A stretch of 64,000 nt of DNA from a candidate division FCPU426 bacterium (GTDB taxonomy: Bacteria > Oederibacteriota > Muellerivitia > Muellerivitales > Muellerivitaceae). Where the stretch lies: assembly GCA_963830915.1 (NCBI GenBank), contig CAWHOE010000051.1, positions 32,001 through 96,000 on the forward strand, in the 5' to 3' direction. A program made the position numbers and the translations under genes. The notes beneath the pieces are model-generated. The model saw only the letters and a list, made by a program, of their open reading frames with translations. It did not search any database and was not told the origin of the DNA. Positions 41,047 to 50,803 of this stretch are shown here, piece after piece (position 1 is the stretch's first letter; every line of letters starts with the position of its first letter).

Positions 41047-41681
41047 TGAAAGCCCAAGAAAAATCTCTTGGTGAATTACTTCGTCAAGCTGGGAAAATCA
41101 CGTCCCGACAGATCCAGGTGGCATTATCAGAACAAAAGAAAAATCATGAGCCAATCGGTAAAATCTTGGTAAGACTTGGCTTTGTTGAAGAAAAAGACAT
41201 TTTGCAAGTCATGGAGGGTATGGTAGTTTTAACCTTCCGGGTAGAGAAGGAACTTTTTGGTATTGAGACATTCCGTTCTAAGGAAGTACTTAAATCGGTT
41301 CCTGTAAACCCTCTGTCCGAACCACACCCTTTTTGGGAAGGAACTTTATCTTTAAGAGGTGTATCAATCCCCATACTTTCATTCCGAAAGGTTCTTGGAT
41401 TGCCACCGCTACCGCCAGGGATATTTCCCTGGTTCATCGTATTGGAATATAAGGGCTCCCCAATTGTTCTTTCTGTTGACCAAGTGAAGGAAGTTACCCG
41501 CCTTAAAATTGATCAAATTGAGCCCGTCCCAGCTTACCTTTTTGGTAAAAAGTCAGATTTGTATTATTGTTTGGGTAAAATAAAGGATGAGTTGTATTCC
41601 ATCGTTAATCCCGATAAGTTGATGCAAGATGAAGCTTTTAATTTATTGCCCCCTGAGGTTCATCATGCCTTCCCGTCCTGA
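41043..41681 (+). CDS. MshEN (GSPII N-terminal, c-di-GMP-binding-type) domain fused to CheW
   Basis: LGELLRQAGKITSRQIQVALSEQ-x-IGKILVRLGFV, then LTFRV..ELFGI, GTLSLRG.SIP, VDQVKEV. Confidence 0.8.
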   Translation: MMKAQEKSLGELLRQAGKITSRQIQVALSEQKKNHEPIGKILVRLGFVEEKDILQVMEGMVVLTFRVEKELFGIETFRSKEVLKSVPVNPLSEPHPFWEGTLSLRGVSIPILSFRKVLGLPPLPPGIFPWFIVLEYKGSPIVLSVDQVKEVTRLKIDQIEPVPAYLFGKKSDLYYCLGKIKDELYSIVNPDKLMQDEAFNLLPPEVHHAFPS

Positions 41682-43875
41682 AACAAAGACCATCCGCGAA
41701 ATGGCCCACGGTGAGGATCAAGGGGATGCTTCCACGCATAATAATTTAGGCGTTTTTTACTATTCGAAAGGTATGTATGCGGAAGCGATCAAAGAGTTCA
41801 AAACGGCACTTGAGGTGGATCCGGAGAATACACAAGCCCAGGAGAACCTGAAGGCTGTTAACCGACATACTGGACTTTACGACAGGTCCATCGAAGCTTA
41901 TAAAAAATCTATTCAAATGTTCCCCTCGGATGCGGAAGCAAATTATAACTTAGCAAATGCTTTCCGTTATACAGGGCAATACGATAAAGCGATCGAGTAT
42001 TACCAAAAAACCTTAACTCTTAATCCAGATCACCCATTTGCTCGCAACTATCTTGGCATAGCTTATAAATGTCTTGGCCGTTTTGATGAGGCCATCGCTG
42101 AATTTAAAAAGGCCATCGAAGGAAATCCTTATTTTGCGGATCTTCATAATAATCTTGGAGAAGTTTATTATAAAAAAGCAATGATCAATGAAGGGTTGAT
42201 CGAATTCAAAAAAGCCATTTCGCTGAATCCGGATTATGCCATCGCACACTACAATTTGAGTTTTATTTATGGGGATAAAAATATGTTGGAGGATGCAGAA
42301 CGGGAATTCAAAAAAGCGGTCGACTTGAATCCAAATTTCGGACAAGGCGCCCAGGCGTTGCTGGCAATAGAACGCCCCAAAAGCATGGAAGAACGAGTTG
42401 CGGAAAGGATGGCCTCACAACCACCCTCTTCATCTGTTGAAACATATATTAGTTTGGCTTCAGCTTACAAAGGCAAGGGTTTATTGGATGAAGCTATCAG
42501 GGAATATAAACGCGCCATCGAGATAACCCCCCTAGAAGAAAGGTTTTATCGGGCACTTGGTGAGATATATCTTCAAAAAGGTATGCTCGAGGATTCCTTG
42601 ATGTCTTTTCAAAAAGCCGTAGAACTCGATCCAGCTAATATCGAAAACCATATTCAAAGTGGCATTTCGCTGAGAGAACTCAATCAAACCGAACAGGCCG
42701 TTCAAAGTTTTTCAAAGGCCATAGGGATCAACCCGGATTCGAGTATGGCCCATTTCGAACTTGGCGTGACATTTTTCAAGATGGGTGAAAGTGAAAAAGC
42801 TACCCAGCAGATTCGACAGGCTTTAGAGATTGATCCGCAGAACGCAGAGGCACATTATTATCTAGGCGTTTATTATTACAAGGTCAATTTGTTCGACGAG
42901 GCGATTCGGGAGATAAACCAAGCCATCGAACTGAATGTTTCCATTGCCTCTAGCGCAGAAGCTTTGACCTACTTGGGTTTGGCTTTAGCGGACAAAGGTC
43001 GGTATGATGAGGCAATAACTGAATATAAAAAGGCCATGGAGTTCGATCCTAAGAATCCGATCATTCATAATAGCTTGGGTGTTGCATATAAGAACGCGGG
43101 AATGATTCAGGACGCTATACGTCATTATCAAACCGCCATTGGTTTAAACCCTAAGTACGCAAAAGCATACAATAACCTCGGTGTTGTTTATTTCAAAATG
43201 AGCCAGTATGAAAAGGCTATTGAGGTATTCCAGAAAGCCGTTGAGATTGAACCGGATTATAAAACGGCTCAGAATAACCTTACGGTGGCCATGAAAAAAC
43301 GCAGTGTTTTGACCGAAGCTTCAGAAGTTCTTATCAAACAGATAATGGCTGACCCAGAAAACTTTGCCCTTCACCAGAATCTCGGAATGCTCTACAAGAA
43401 TACGGGACAATTCGCTGAAGCGGTGCGTGAATTCCTTGAAACGGTTCGGCTCAATCCGAAAAATTCCGATGTGTTTACACATCTGGGAGAAACATATTTA
43501 CAGTTGGAACAACTAGATGAAGCCGTAAAAGCCTTGACCAAGGCTGTTTCTATTGATCCCAAAAATACGGAAGCGCATGTTCAATTGGGTAAAGTGTATA
43601 TTCGAATACAATGGTGGGATGAGGCTTTGGTAGAATTCAAGAAAACCCAGGATTTAAAACCTGACCTAGCTGAAATTCATTTCCATTTGGGGCAGGTTTA
43701 CAGGAATAAAAGTTGGTGGGATGAAGCTGTTCAGGAGTTCCAGAAATACATGGATTCTCCAAGCCCAGAAGAAGATAAAGTCATCCAAGCGATTGATATG
43801 ATCCAGCAAATCCAAGCGTGGAAAAAGGAACTGCAAGTATCTCCGAGCGCAAATCGTTCGAAATTAATTAAATAA
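41665..43875 (+). CDS. large all-TPR protein (~18-20 repeats)
   Basis: Repeated HNNLG..Y...G...EAI..F..A...NP units, no catalytic domain. Confidence 0.9.
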   Translation: MPSRPETKTIREMAHGEDQGDASTHNNLGVFYYSKGMYAEAIKEFKTALEVDPENTQAQENLKAVNRHTGLYDRSIEAYKKSIQMFPSDAEANYNLANAFRYTGQYDKAIEYYQKTLTLNPDHPFARNYLGIAYKCLGRFDEAIAEFKKAIEGNPYFADLHNNLGEVYYKKAMINEGLIEFKKAISLNPDYAIAHYNLSFIYGDKNMLEDAEREFKKAVDLNPNFGQGAQALLAIERPKSMEERVAERMASQPPSSSVETYISLASAYKGKGLLDEAIREYKRAIEITPLEERFYRALGEIYLQKGMLEDSLMSFQKAVELDPANIENHIQSGISLRELNQTEQAVQSFSKAIGINPDSSMAHFELGVTFFKMGESEKATQQIRQALEIDPQNAEAHYYLGVYYYKVNLFDEAIREINQAIELNVSIASSAEALTYLGLALADKGRYDEAITEYKKAMEFDPKNPIIHNSLGVAYKNAGMIQDAIRHYQTAIGLNPKYAKAYNNLGVVYFKMSQYEKAIEVFQKAVEIEPDYKTAQNNLTVAMKKRSVLTEASEVLIKQIMADPENFALHQNLGMLYKNTGQFAEAVREFLETVRLNPKNSDVFTHLGETYLQLEQLDEAVKALTKAVSIDPKNTEAHVQLGKVYIRIQWWDEALVEFKKTQDLKPDLAEIHFHLGQVYRNKSWWDEAVQEFQKYMDSPSPEEDKVIQAIDMIQQIQAWKKELQVSPSANRSKLIK

Positions 43876-43887
43876 TTGGGATAAACC

Positions 43888-44226
43888 ATGAAACTGATTG
43901 TGGCTATCATTTCACCAAAAAAATTAGAGCAGGTCAAGATGGCTCTTTGGGAAGCAGGGATCCGAGGGGTGACGATATCTGAAGGCTCCGGATATGGTTA
44001 CCAAAAGGTACAAGTGGATTCGGTGAAGGGTAGTGATTATAAGGTACAATATCAGGTTCGAATGAGGCTGGAAATCGTTTTGCCAGATGGCGAGTTGGAA
44101 AAAGTAATAGAACTTCTTCTTGATAATGTCCGGACTGGACGGATCGGTGATGGTAAACTGTTTGTCCTTCCTGTGGAGGACGCTGTGAGAGTTAGGACGG
44201 GAGAAAGGGGCGAAAGCGCCCTGTGA
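43888..44226 (+). CDS. P-II family signal transduction protein (non-canonical)
   Basis: 112 aa, TGRIGDGKLFV, RVRTGE, Tyr51 retained. Confidence 0.92.
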   Translation: MKLIVAIISPKKLEQVKMALWEAGIRGVTISEGSGYGYQKVQVDSVKGSDYKVQYQVRMRLEIVLPDGELEKVIELLLDNVRTGRIGDGKLFVLPVEDAVRVRTGERGESAL

Positions 44227-44250
44227 AAAAGCCGTTAGAGGGAGGATAAA

Positions 44251-44613
44251 GTGTCCCATCGCGTTTTGTTGGTAGATGACGCTTCTTTCATGAGGATGAT
44301 GCTCAAAAATATACTAGTTGGAGCCGGATACGAGATCGCGGGAGAAGCCGATAATGGGGTCAAAGCCATAGAGCTTTTCAAAACCCTTAAACCTAATTTG
44401 GTTATCATGGATATCATCATGCCGGAAATGGGAGGCATAGATGCAGTCCGTGAGATAGTTAAAGTAAATCCTACGGCCAAGATCCTCATATGTAGTTCTA
44501 TGGGACAGCAGTCCTTGGTGGTAGAAGCGATCCAGGCGGGTGCCAAGGATTTCATTGTCAAACCATTCCAGCCATCAAATGTATTGGATTCAGTCAAGAA
44601 AGTCCTTGGTTGA
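44251..44613 (+). CDS. cheY: chemotaxis response regulator
   Basis: VDDASFMR, MDIIMP, KPF; B. subtilis/Thermotoga-like CheY. Confidence 0.9.
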   Translation: MSHRVLLVDDASFMRMMLKNILVGAGYEIAGEADNGVKAIELFKTLKPNLVIMDIIMPEMGGIDAVREIVKVNPTAKILICSSMGQQSLVVEAIQAGAKDFIVKPFQPSNVLDSVKKVLG

Positions 44614-44672
44614 ATTTTTATTTTTGACTGCGGATAGGATCTTCCGGAATTTCCGAGAGAGGTGTGTGATTA

Positions 44673-45311
44673 ATGGAAATGGATGAGGAAGTATTTTCGG
44701 ATTTCCAATTGGATGCCCTAAGGGAGATCGGGAATGTGGGGGCCGGTCATGCTGCGACGGCGCTTTCTCAGATGGTTGGCCGCCCTATTAATATGTCCAT
44801 AACCAAGGTCATGGTTTTGCCTACGGAAGCCATTGCGGGTTTTCTTGGAGGACTTGAAAAAAACGTTGCGGCAGTTTATATGCCGGTTTACGGGGATATT
44901 TGCGGAGTTGTATTGATTTTTTTTCCAGTTGAAGTTCTTCCTAGTTTGGCTTCGTTGTTATTACAAAGAAATTCTCAATCAACCGAAGAACTCACGGAGT
45001 TGGATCGGTCTGCTGTCAAAGAACTTGGAAGTATTCTGACCGGTTCCTACTTAAGTGCTCTTTTCCGATTTATTCATATCCAGATGATCCATGGAGTTCC
45101 AACTCTGGTCATTGATATGGCTCAAGCTATACTCGATACGGTCTTAGTCGACCTTGAGCAAAAAGAAGATGTGGCCATTGTCATTGAAACGGAATTTCTT
45201 GAAAGGGAGAAACAATTAACTGGTAGCTTCTTCCTTTTGCCGGAAACTGGAAGTTTGACGAAGATATTCAACGCTTTTTCAAAAACACTGGAAATGCCCG
45301 GCGATGCCTGA
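44673..45311 (+). CDS. cheC: CheC phosphatase
   Basis: DALREIGNVGAGHAATALS; second motif SAVKELGS. Confidence 0.9.
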   Translation: MEMDEEVFSDFQLDALREIGNVGAGHAATALSQMVGRPINMSITKVMVLPTEAIAGFLGGLEKNVAAVYMPVYGDICGVVLIFFPVEVLPSLASLLLQRNSQSTEELTELDRSAVKELGSILTGSYLSALFRFIHIQMIHGVPTLVIDMAQAILDTVLVDLEQKEDVAIVIETEFLEREKQLTGSFFLLPETGSLTKIFNAFSKTLEMPGDA

Positions 45312-45789
45312 AATGGAATGGGTGGTGGGGATAGCCGAGACCAAGACCGCAATGAGTCCCGAACGACTTTTGGCCATTGGTTTGGGTTCTTGTGTAGCTG
45401 TTACGGTTCACGATTGTCAAAAAAAAATTGGCGGTTTAGCGCATATTATGTTGCCATCCAGTCGATTTCATGCAAAAGCCAATGTGAAAGGGAAATACGC
45501 TGACACTGCTATTAAGGCTATGGTTGAAGAACTAGCGTTAAAAGGCGGTGAAAAAGACCGTTTTGAGGCGAAATTAGTAGGTGGCGCCAATATGTTCTCT
45601 ACGATTATACAAAATCCCCTACCTATAGGAACTAGGAACCTGATGGCGGTCAGAGAAATTCTTGCTGAGATGAAAATCCCTATCACTGGAGAAGATGTAG
45701 GAGGGACTCAAGGCCGATCGTTGGTTTTCAATCTTTCTGATGGAAAGATTTTGGTACGGAAAATCAATCAATCTGATATTTGGATATAG
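45304..45789 (+). CDS. cheD: chemoreceptor glutamine deamidase
   Basis: GLGSCV, GGLAHIMLP, KYAD, GGANMF, EDVGG..GR. Confidence 0.93.
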   Translation: MPEMEWVVGIAETKTAMSPERLLAIGLGSCVAVTVHDCQKKIGGLAHIMLPSSRFHAKANVKGKYADTAIKAMVEELALKGGEKDRFEAKLVGGANMFSTIIQNPLPIGTRNLMAVREILAEMKIPITGEDVGGTQGRSLVFNLSDGKILVRKINQSDIWI

Positions 45790-45815
45790 AGTTAATAACA
45801 TACAAGAAGGTAGTG

Positions 45816-46328
45816 ATGGGAACAATTGTTTCCGATTTATCTAGTTCAACGACCGAAAATAATCAAGCTCAATTGGTTGTCTTCACTTTAGCTGGTTGTC
45901 GTTTTGCTGTAGGTATCCGTCAAGCGCGTGAGATCATCCGGATATCGGATATCACCGTTATGCCAAAGACTCCAAAATTTTTGCAAGGTATTATCCATTT
46001 ACGAGGTCGTATCACTCCTGTTTTGGATTTGAAAAAACGATTCGGGATGCCATTGTTGGAAGTTACCCAAGAAAGTAGAATCCTAGTTGTGGAATGGAAA
46101 GACCAAGTCCTGGGTTTATTAGTAGATAAGGTTCAAGAAGTCGGAAGGGCGTCCCGAGAAGACTTCTTGGTTTTAAAGGAAAGCGTTTTGGATATCGAAC
46201 AGTCTTTTCTTTCTGGGACGGTGCGTTTGAAGGAACATTCGGTTTTACTTTTGAATCTTGAAAAAGTTTTCGGACTGGATGGATGGAAAGACATGCGTGA
46301 TATGGAATCTGGGTCTGCGGAGGAGTAA
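45816..46328 (+). CDS. cheW: CheW coupling protein
   Basis: QLVVFTL, GIIHLRGRITPVLDL, GLLVDKV. Confidence 0.9.
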   Translation: MGTIVSDLSSSTTENNQAQLVVFTLAGCRFAVGIRQAREIIRISDITVMPKTPKFLQGIIHLRGRITPVLDLKKRFGMPLLEVTQESRILVVEWKDQVLGLLVDKVQEVGRASREDFLVLKESVLDIEQSFLSGTVRLKEHSVLLLNLEKVFGLDGWKDMRDMESGSAEE

Positions 46329-46331
46329 CCC

Positions 46332-46694
46332 TTGGCTATTAAAGTCCTGTTCGTGGACGATTCTTCCTTCATGAGGACGATCTTAAAAGGGATTATTTTA
46401 AAAGATCCTTATATTCTCGGTGGTGAAGCATCGACTGGGAAAGAAGCGGTTGAATTATACGAAGCAATAAAACCCGATTTGGTAACAATGGATATTGTTA
46501 TGCCGGAGATGGATGGAATAGAGGCAGTTAAACAGATCCGGACGAAATATCCACAAGCAAAAATTATAATGGTCAGTGCCATGGGCCAGCAAAGTATGGT
46601 CATAGATGCCATTCAGGCTGGAGCCAGGGATTTCATTATCAAGCCTTTTCAACCCCCCAGAGTACAAGAAGCCTTGAAACGCGTTACTGGTTAA
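46332..46694 (+). CDS. cheY: second chemotaxis response regulator
   Basis: VDDSSFMR, MDIVMP, KPF. Confidence 0.9.
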   Translation: MAIKVLFVDDSSFMRTILKGIILKDPYILGGEASTGKEAVELYEAIKPDLVTMDIVMPEMDGIEAVKQIRTKYPQAKIIMVSAMGQQSMVIDAIQAGARDFIIKPFQPPRVQEALKRVTG

Positions 46695-46720
46695 CCGGGA
46701 AAACATAAAATCAGGGAATT

Positions 46721-47833
46721 ATGTCCAACGACAATCATCCAATTATTCAGGTCCTGGTCGTAGATGACTCGTTTTTTATGAGGAAGATGTTAAAAGAGGT
46801 TTTGGATGATGCCACTCTGGGGGTGTTGGTTATCGATACCGCTCAGGATGGATTAGAAGCAATCGAAAAAATTAAAGCTCTCAAGCCAGATGTCGTTACT
46901 TTGGATGTTGAAATGCCGAAATTGGACGGTCTTGGTGCGCTTAATCAGATCATGGCTGAATGTCCAACGCCAGTCATTATGCTTTCAAGCCATACTGGGA
47001 TAGGGACCGAGACGACACTTCTTGCGTTAGAAGCTGGAGCCGTTGATTGCGTACTAAAACCCTCTGGAAAACCTTTTGGTGATATCCGTAGTATCCAACT
47101 TGAATTGGTAGAAAAAATCAAAATGGCTGCTAAATGCAAGCTGCGAAATAGATTGCTTCTCAAGGATTCAGTTTTAGAGCCAAACGTTAGAATTAAAAAT
47201 AAAAAACAGTCCTCATTAATCCCAATTACTGAACAGACCGAACAGAATGCTAAGTTTGTTGTGGCCATAGCTTCTTCCACGGGAGGGCCGAGAGCCCTCA
47301 ATGAGTTATTTTCAAAAATTAAATGCTCACCAATTGCTTCCTTTGTGGTGGTTCAACATATTTCAATTGGTTTTACAAAAGCACTGGCTCGTCGTCTACA
47401 GGACGTAAGTTCTTTCCAATTCAGCGAAGCTTCTGAGGGCGAAAAGTTAATGGGCCAAAAAGGATATGTTGCTCCCGCGGGGAGTCATTTGATCTTAACG
47501 GGATTTCCCGGGAGTTTTCGCTTTTCATTCACTGATCTTCCACCACGAATGGGTGTGAAACCTTCGGCCGATATATTTATGAGTTCTGTGGCAAAGGTTT
47601 CGGGGGATAAGTGTTTAGGAGTCGTTTTGACCGGCATGGGAAGGGATGGGACCGCTGGCCTCAAAGATATCCATTCGGTTGGTGGTAAAACGTATGCACA
47701 GGACGAGGATAGTTGTGTGGTTTATGGAATGCCTAAATCAGCTGTGGAATCAGGGGCAATCGATAGACAACTTCCCATAAATCTCATGGCGGATGAGATC
47801 AATTCTATTTTGTCCAAACTTCCAACGGTATAA
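46721..47833 (+). CDS. cheB: chemotaxis methylesterase
   Basis: REC domain + ASSTGGP, VQH, LTGMGRDG. Confidence 0.95.
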   Translation: MSNDNHPIIQVLVVDDSFFMRKMLKEVLDDATLGVLVIDTAQDGLEAIEKIKALKPDVVTLDVEMPKLDGLGALNQIMAECPTPVIMLSSHTGIGTETTLLALEAGAVDCVLKPSGKPFGDIRSIQLELVEKIKMAAKCKLRNRLLLKDSVLEPNVRIKNKKQSSLIPITEQTEQNAKFVVAIASSTGGPRALNELFSKIKCSPIASFVVVQHISIGFTKALARRLQDVSSFQFSEASEGEKLMGQKGYVAPAGSHLILTGFPGSFRFSFTDLPPRMGVKPSADIFMSSVAKVSGDKCLGVVLTGMGRDGTAGLKDIHSVGGKTYAQDEDSCVVYGMPKSAVESGAIDRQLPINLMADEINSILSKLPTV

Positions 47834-47902
47834 AAAGAACGCAACCATTCAAATTTAATTTAATATAGTCATTATGACTGTTTTTTTACTAAGAGAGGCA
47901 TT

Positions 47903-49951
47903 TTGAATAATAACGAATATAAGGATATTTTTCTCAACGAGGCTAGGGAATATCTTTCAAACCTCAATAATTCCTTGGTAGTGTTGGAAAAAGATCCCTC
48001 TCATTTGGAATCTATTCGAGAGATATTCCGTGCGGCTCACACGCTTAAAGGCATGTCAGCAACGATGGGTTATAATCCCATGACACACCTGACTCATCAA
48101 ATGGAAGCTGTTCTAGAACCGATTCGATCTGGTGAAAAAAAGCTAACATCCGGATTAGTGGATTGCCTTTTTGCTTGTTTAGACCGTTTGGAAAAATGGG
48201 TCAAAACGCTTGACCAGCAAGAAACCATCGATGGTGGTGATATACAAGAGATGATAGGCCGATTGCAGGATGCAGCCCATGATCAAACCGCTTCCTCTAT
48301 CCCTTCTCTAACCGTTCCTTCCCCGGTCATGGTCTCATTCCGACTGACCGATGCCGAGAAAGAAATTTATTCACAAGCTAGAATGAATGGTTTTTCGATT
48401 TTCAAGGTTACTGTGGAATTACAGCCGGAATGCGTTTTTAAGGAAGTCAGATCATTCATGGTCCTGAAGAATATCAATGAATTGGGCGAGATCATAAAGT
48501 CATTCCCTCCCGGCGAAGATATTACAGGAGGAAAATTCGATCGTGAATTCACGGTATTATTAATAACCGAACACAAGAGTGATGAAATCAGGACGGCTAT
48601 TATGGAGATATCCGAAATCCAAGAGACTAAAGTTACATCGTACGAATTGGAAGAAGGGAATGTGGATACACCCAGAACATCCAAAGAAGAAAATTCAAAG
48701 AATTCCCCGGATTTGATGACTGCTGGGGAAAAAACGTTCATGGTGCCAACCATACGAGTTCACACCTCGAAATTGGACAAGTTGATGGTATTGGTTCAAG
48801 AATTAGTAATCTCAAAGACCCGATTCGAACAGGTGGCTTTCAATAAAGATCTTAAAGAATTACAAGAACCTTTATCACAATTAAATTTCATCACAGATGA
48901 ACTTCAAGATGAGATCATGAAAGTAAGATTGATCCCCGTGAAACAGATATTTGACCGATTCCCGCGAATGGTTCGTGACTTAGCCAAATCCCTCAATAAA
49001 CAGGTCAATTTAGAAATGGAAGGAGTGGATGTGGAATTAGATCGCACGGTCATCGAAGAAATGGGTGAACCGTTGGTTCATCTTCTCCGTAATGCGATTG
49101 ACCATGGAATAGAAAACGCTATTGAAAGAGTCCAAGAGGGAAAAACCCCTGCCGGTACAATTCGTCTTCAGGCGAAAAGAGAAAGGTCGTTCGTCGTTAT
49201 TTCGGTTTCCGATGATGGTAAAGGAATTGATCCGGAAGTTGTAAGAAAGGCATCAGTCGAAAAAGGTCTTATTTCAGCCGATGATGTCTCTAAAATGACG
49301 GATGAAGAAGCGATCCGTTTGATCGCGATGCCTGGTTTTTCTACGATCAAAAAGGTAACAGAGGTATCAGGCCGTGGTGTGGGTGTGGATGTGGCTAAAA
49401 CCAAGGTCGAGTCACTTGGGGGTAATTTCCGTATATTCAGTAGAAAAGGTCAGGGGACCACTTTTATATTAAGATTTCCTTTGACTTTGGCCATCATTAA
49501 AGCCTTGCTGGTGAAATCTTCTGAAGAAGTATTTGCTATCCCAGTGGCAAACATTGTCGAAACGATTGATATGTTCCCGGAGGAGGAAAGAATTCTTCAA
49601 CAACAGGAGACGTTAATCCTTCGAGAGGAAGTTATACCACTTTATAGGCTCCAGGAGTTATTGGAGCTTGAAGAAAAACCAGTGACTATCGATTCAAAGG
49701 TATTGGAATCGGTGATCATCGTGGAAGTTGGTGATTCAAGGGTTGGTATAAAAGTGGACCAAATCCTTGGACAACAGGAAATAGCTATAAAATCCTTGGA
49801 TAAAATGCTAAAAGGCATTCGGGGATTTTCAGGGGCCACTATTCAAGGAAATGGCAGGATCGCCCTGATATTGGACGTGAATAGTTTGATCGAGGATTTG
49901 AAGGGCCGGCGTTACTATTCCGAAAATCCACGTCAATGGAAGGATGATTGA
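47903..49951 (+). CDS. cheA: chemotaxis histidine kinase
   Basis: FRAAHTLKG (P1), P2, HLLRNAIDHG, SGRGVGVDV, PLTLAI, CheW-like P5. Confidence 0.97.
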   Translation: MNNNEYKDIFLNEAREYLSNLNNSLVVLEKDPSHLESIREIFRAAHTLKGMSATMGYNPMTHLTHQMEAVLEPIRSGEKKLTSGLVDCLFACLDRLEKWVKTLDQQETIDGGDIQEMIGRLQDAAHDQTASSIPSLTVPSPVMVSFRLTDAEKEIYSQARMNGFSIFKVTVELQPECVFKEVRSFMVLKNINELGEIIKSFPPGEDITGGKFDREFTVLLITEHKSDEIRTAIMEISEIQETKVTSYELEEGNVDTPRTSKEENSKNSPDLMTAGEKTFMVPTIRVHTSKLDKLMVLVQELVISKTRFEQVAFNKDLKELQEPLSQLNFITDELQDEIMKVRLIPVKQIFDRFPRMVRDLAKSLNKQVNLEMEGVDVELDRTVIEEMGEPLVHLLRNAIDHGIENAIERVQEGKTPAGTIRLQAKRERSFVVISVSDDGKGIDPEVVRKASVEKGLISADDVSKMTDEEAIRLIAMPGFSTIKKVTEVSGRGVGVDVAKTKVESLGGNFRIFSRKGQGTTFILRFPLTLAIIKALLVKSSEEVFAIPVANIVETIDMFPEEERILQQQETLILREEVIPLYRLQELLELEEKPVTIDSKVLESVIIVEVGDSRVGIKVDQILGQQEIAIKSLDKMLKGIRGFSGATIQGNGRIALILDVNSLIEDLKGRRYYSENPRQWKDD

Positions 49952-50570
49952 TATGTTATTCAATTTAGATGAATTAACGGCCACTCAAATGGATGCATTG
50001 AGAGAAGTGGGAAACATAGGAGCTGGACATGGTGCGACCGCACTCTCCCAGCTTCTCGGAAAAAAAATTAATATCACAGTCCCAAAGGCTAATATTCTTT
50101 CTTTGAATGAAGTGCCAAAACTTGTGGGAGATCCCAATACTTTAGTGGCTGGTTTAACTTTGTCTATTCTGGGTGATGCCACTGGAAAGATCATTCTTCT
50201 TTTTCCCAGAGATTCAGCTCTCCACTTAGCTGATATGCTATTAAAACAATCGATTGGGACAAGTAAGATCCTAACCGAGATGGGCCATTCAGCGATTAAG
50301 GAAGCCGGCAATATTTTAACGGGAGCCTATTTAAGCGCTCTTAATGAATTCCTTGGAATGCTTCTTTTGATATCAGTGCCGACTTTAATATTCGATATGG
50401 CTGGCGCTTTGTTAGCGAACGTGACACAAGGAATGGAAGAGGCCACTAAGGTCATTTGTATCGAGACAAAATTCATAGATTTGAATGAGGTTGTGGGCGG
50501 GTATTTCATCCTTGTTCCGGACGCTATTTCGTTAAGGGCGATATTTCAAGCTATCAAAATAAAAGTCTAA
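49944..50570 (+). CDS. cheC: second CheC phosphatase
   Basis: DALREVGNIGAGHGATALS; SAIKEAGNI. Confidence 0.9.
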   Translation: MIDMLFNLDELTATQMDALREVGNIGAGHGATALSQLLGKKINITVPKANILSLNEVPKLVGDPNTLVAGLTLSILGDATGKIILLFPRDSALHLADMLLKQSIGTSKILTEMGHSAIKEAGNILTGAYLSALNEFLGMLLLISVPTLIFDMAGALLANVTQGMEEATKVICIETKFIDLNEVVGGYFILVPDAISLRAIFQAIKIKV

Positions 50571-50803
50571 AAAATTTACAGTTAGTTATTATTATGAAAA
50601 TCACGGTTGAACATTTGATTTTCTTGAAGCCACACCAATTAATCCTCGAAAATCTTTCTTTTATAATAAAATTTAAACAACTGAAATATTTTACGCCAGA
50701 AAGCCGAGATGCTATTGTCTAGAACTATGTTAATATTGATGTGTTTAAAGTAATATAACTAATCCCGAATTTCTGTTGGGTAGATGGTTTTGAAAGGGAA
50801 TGA

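Noticed and set aside
39865..43875. O-GlcNAc transferase
   Set aside because: TPR arrays only; no GT41 catalytic domain in either ORF
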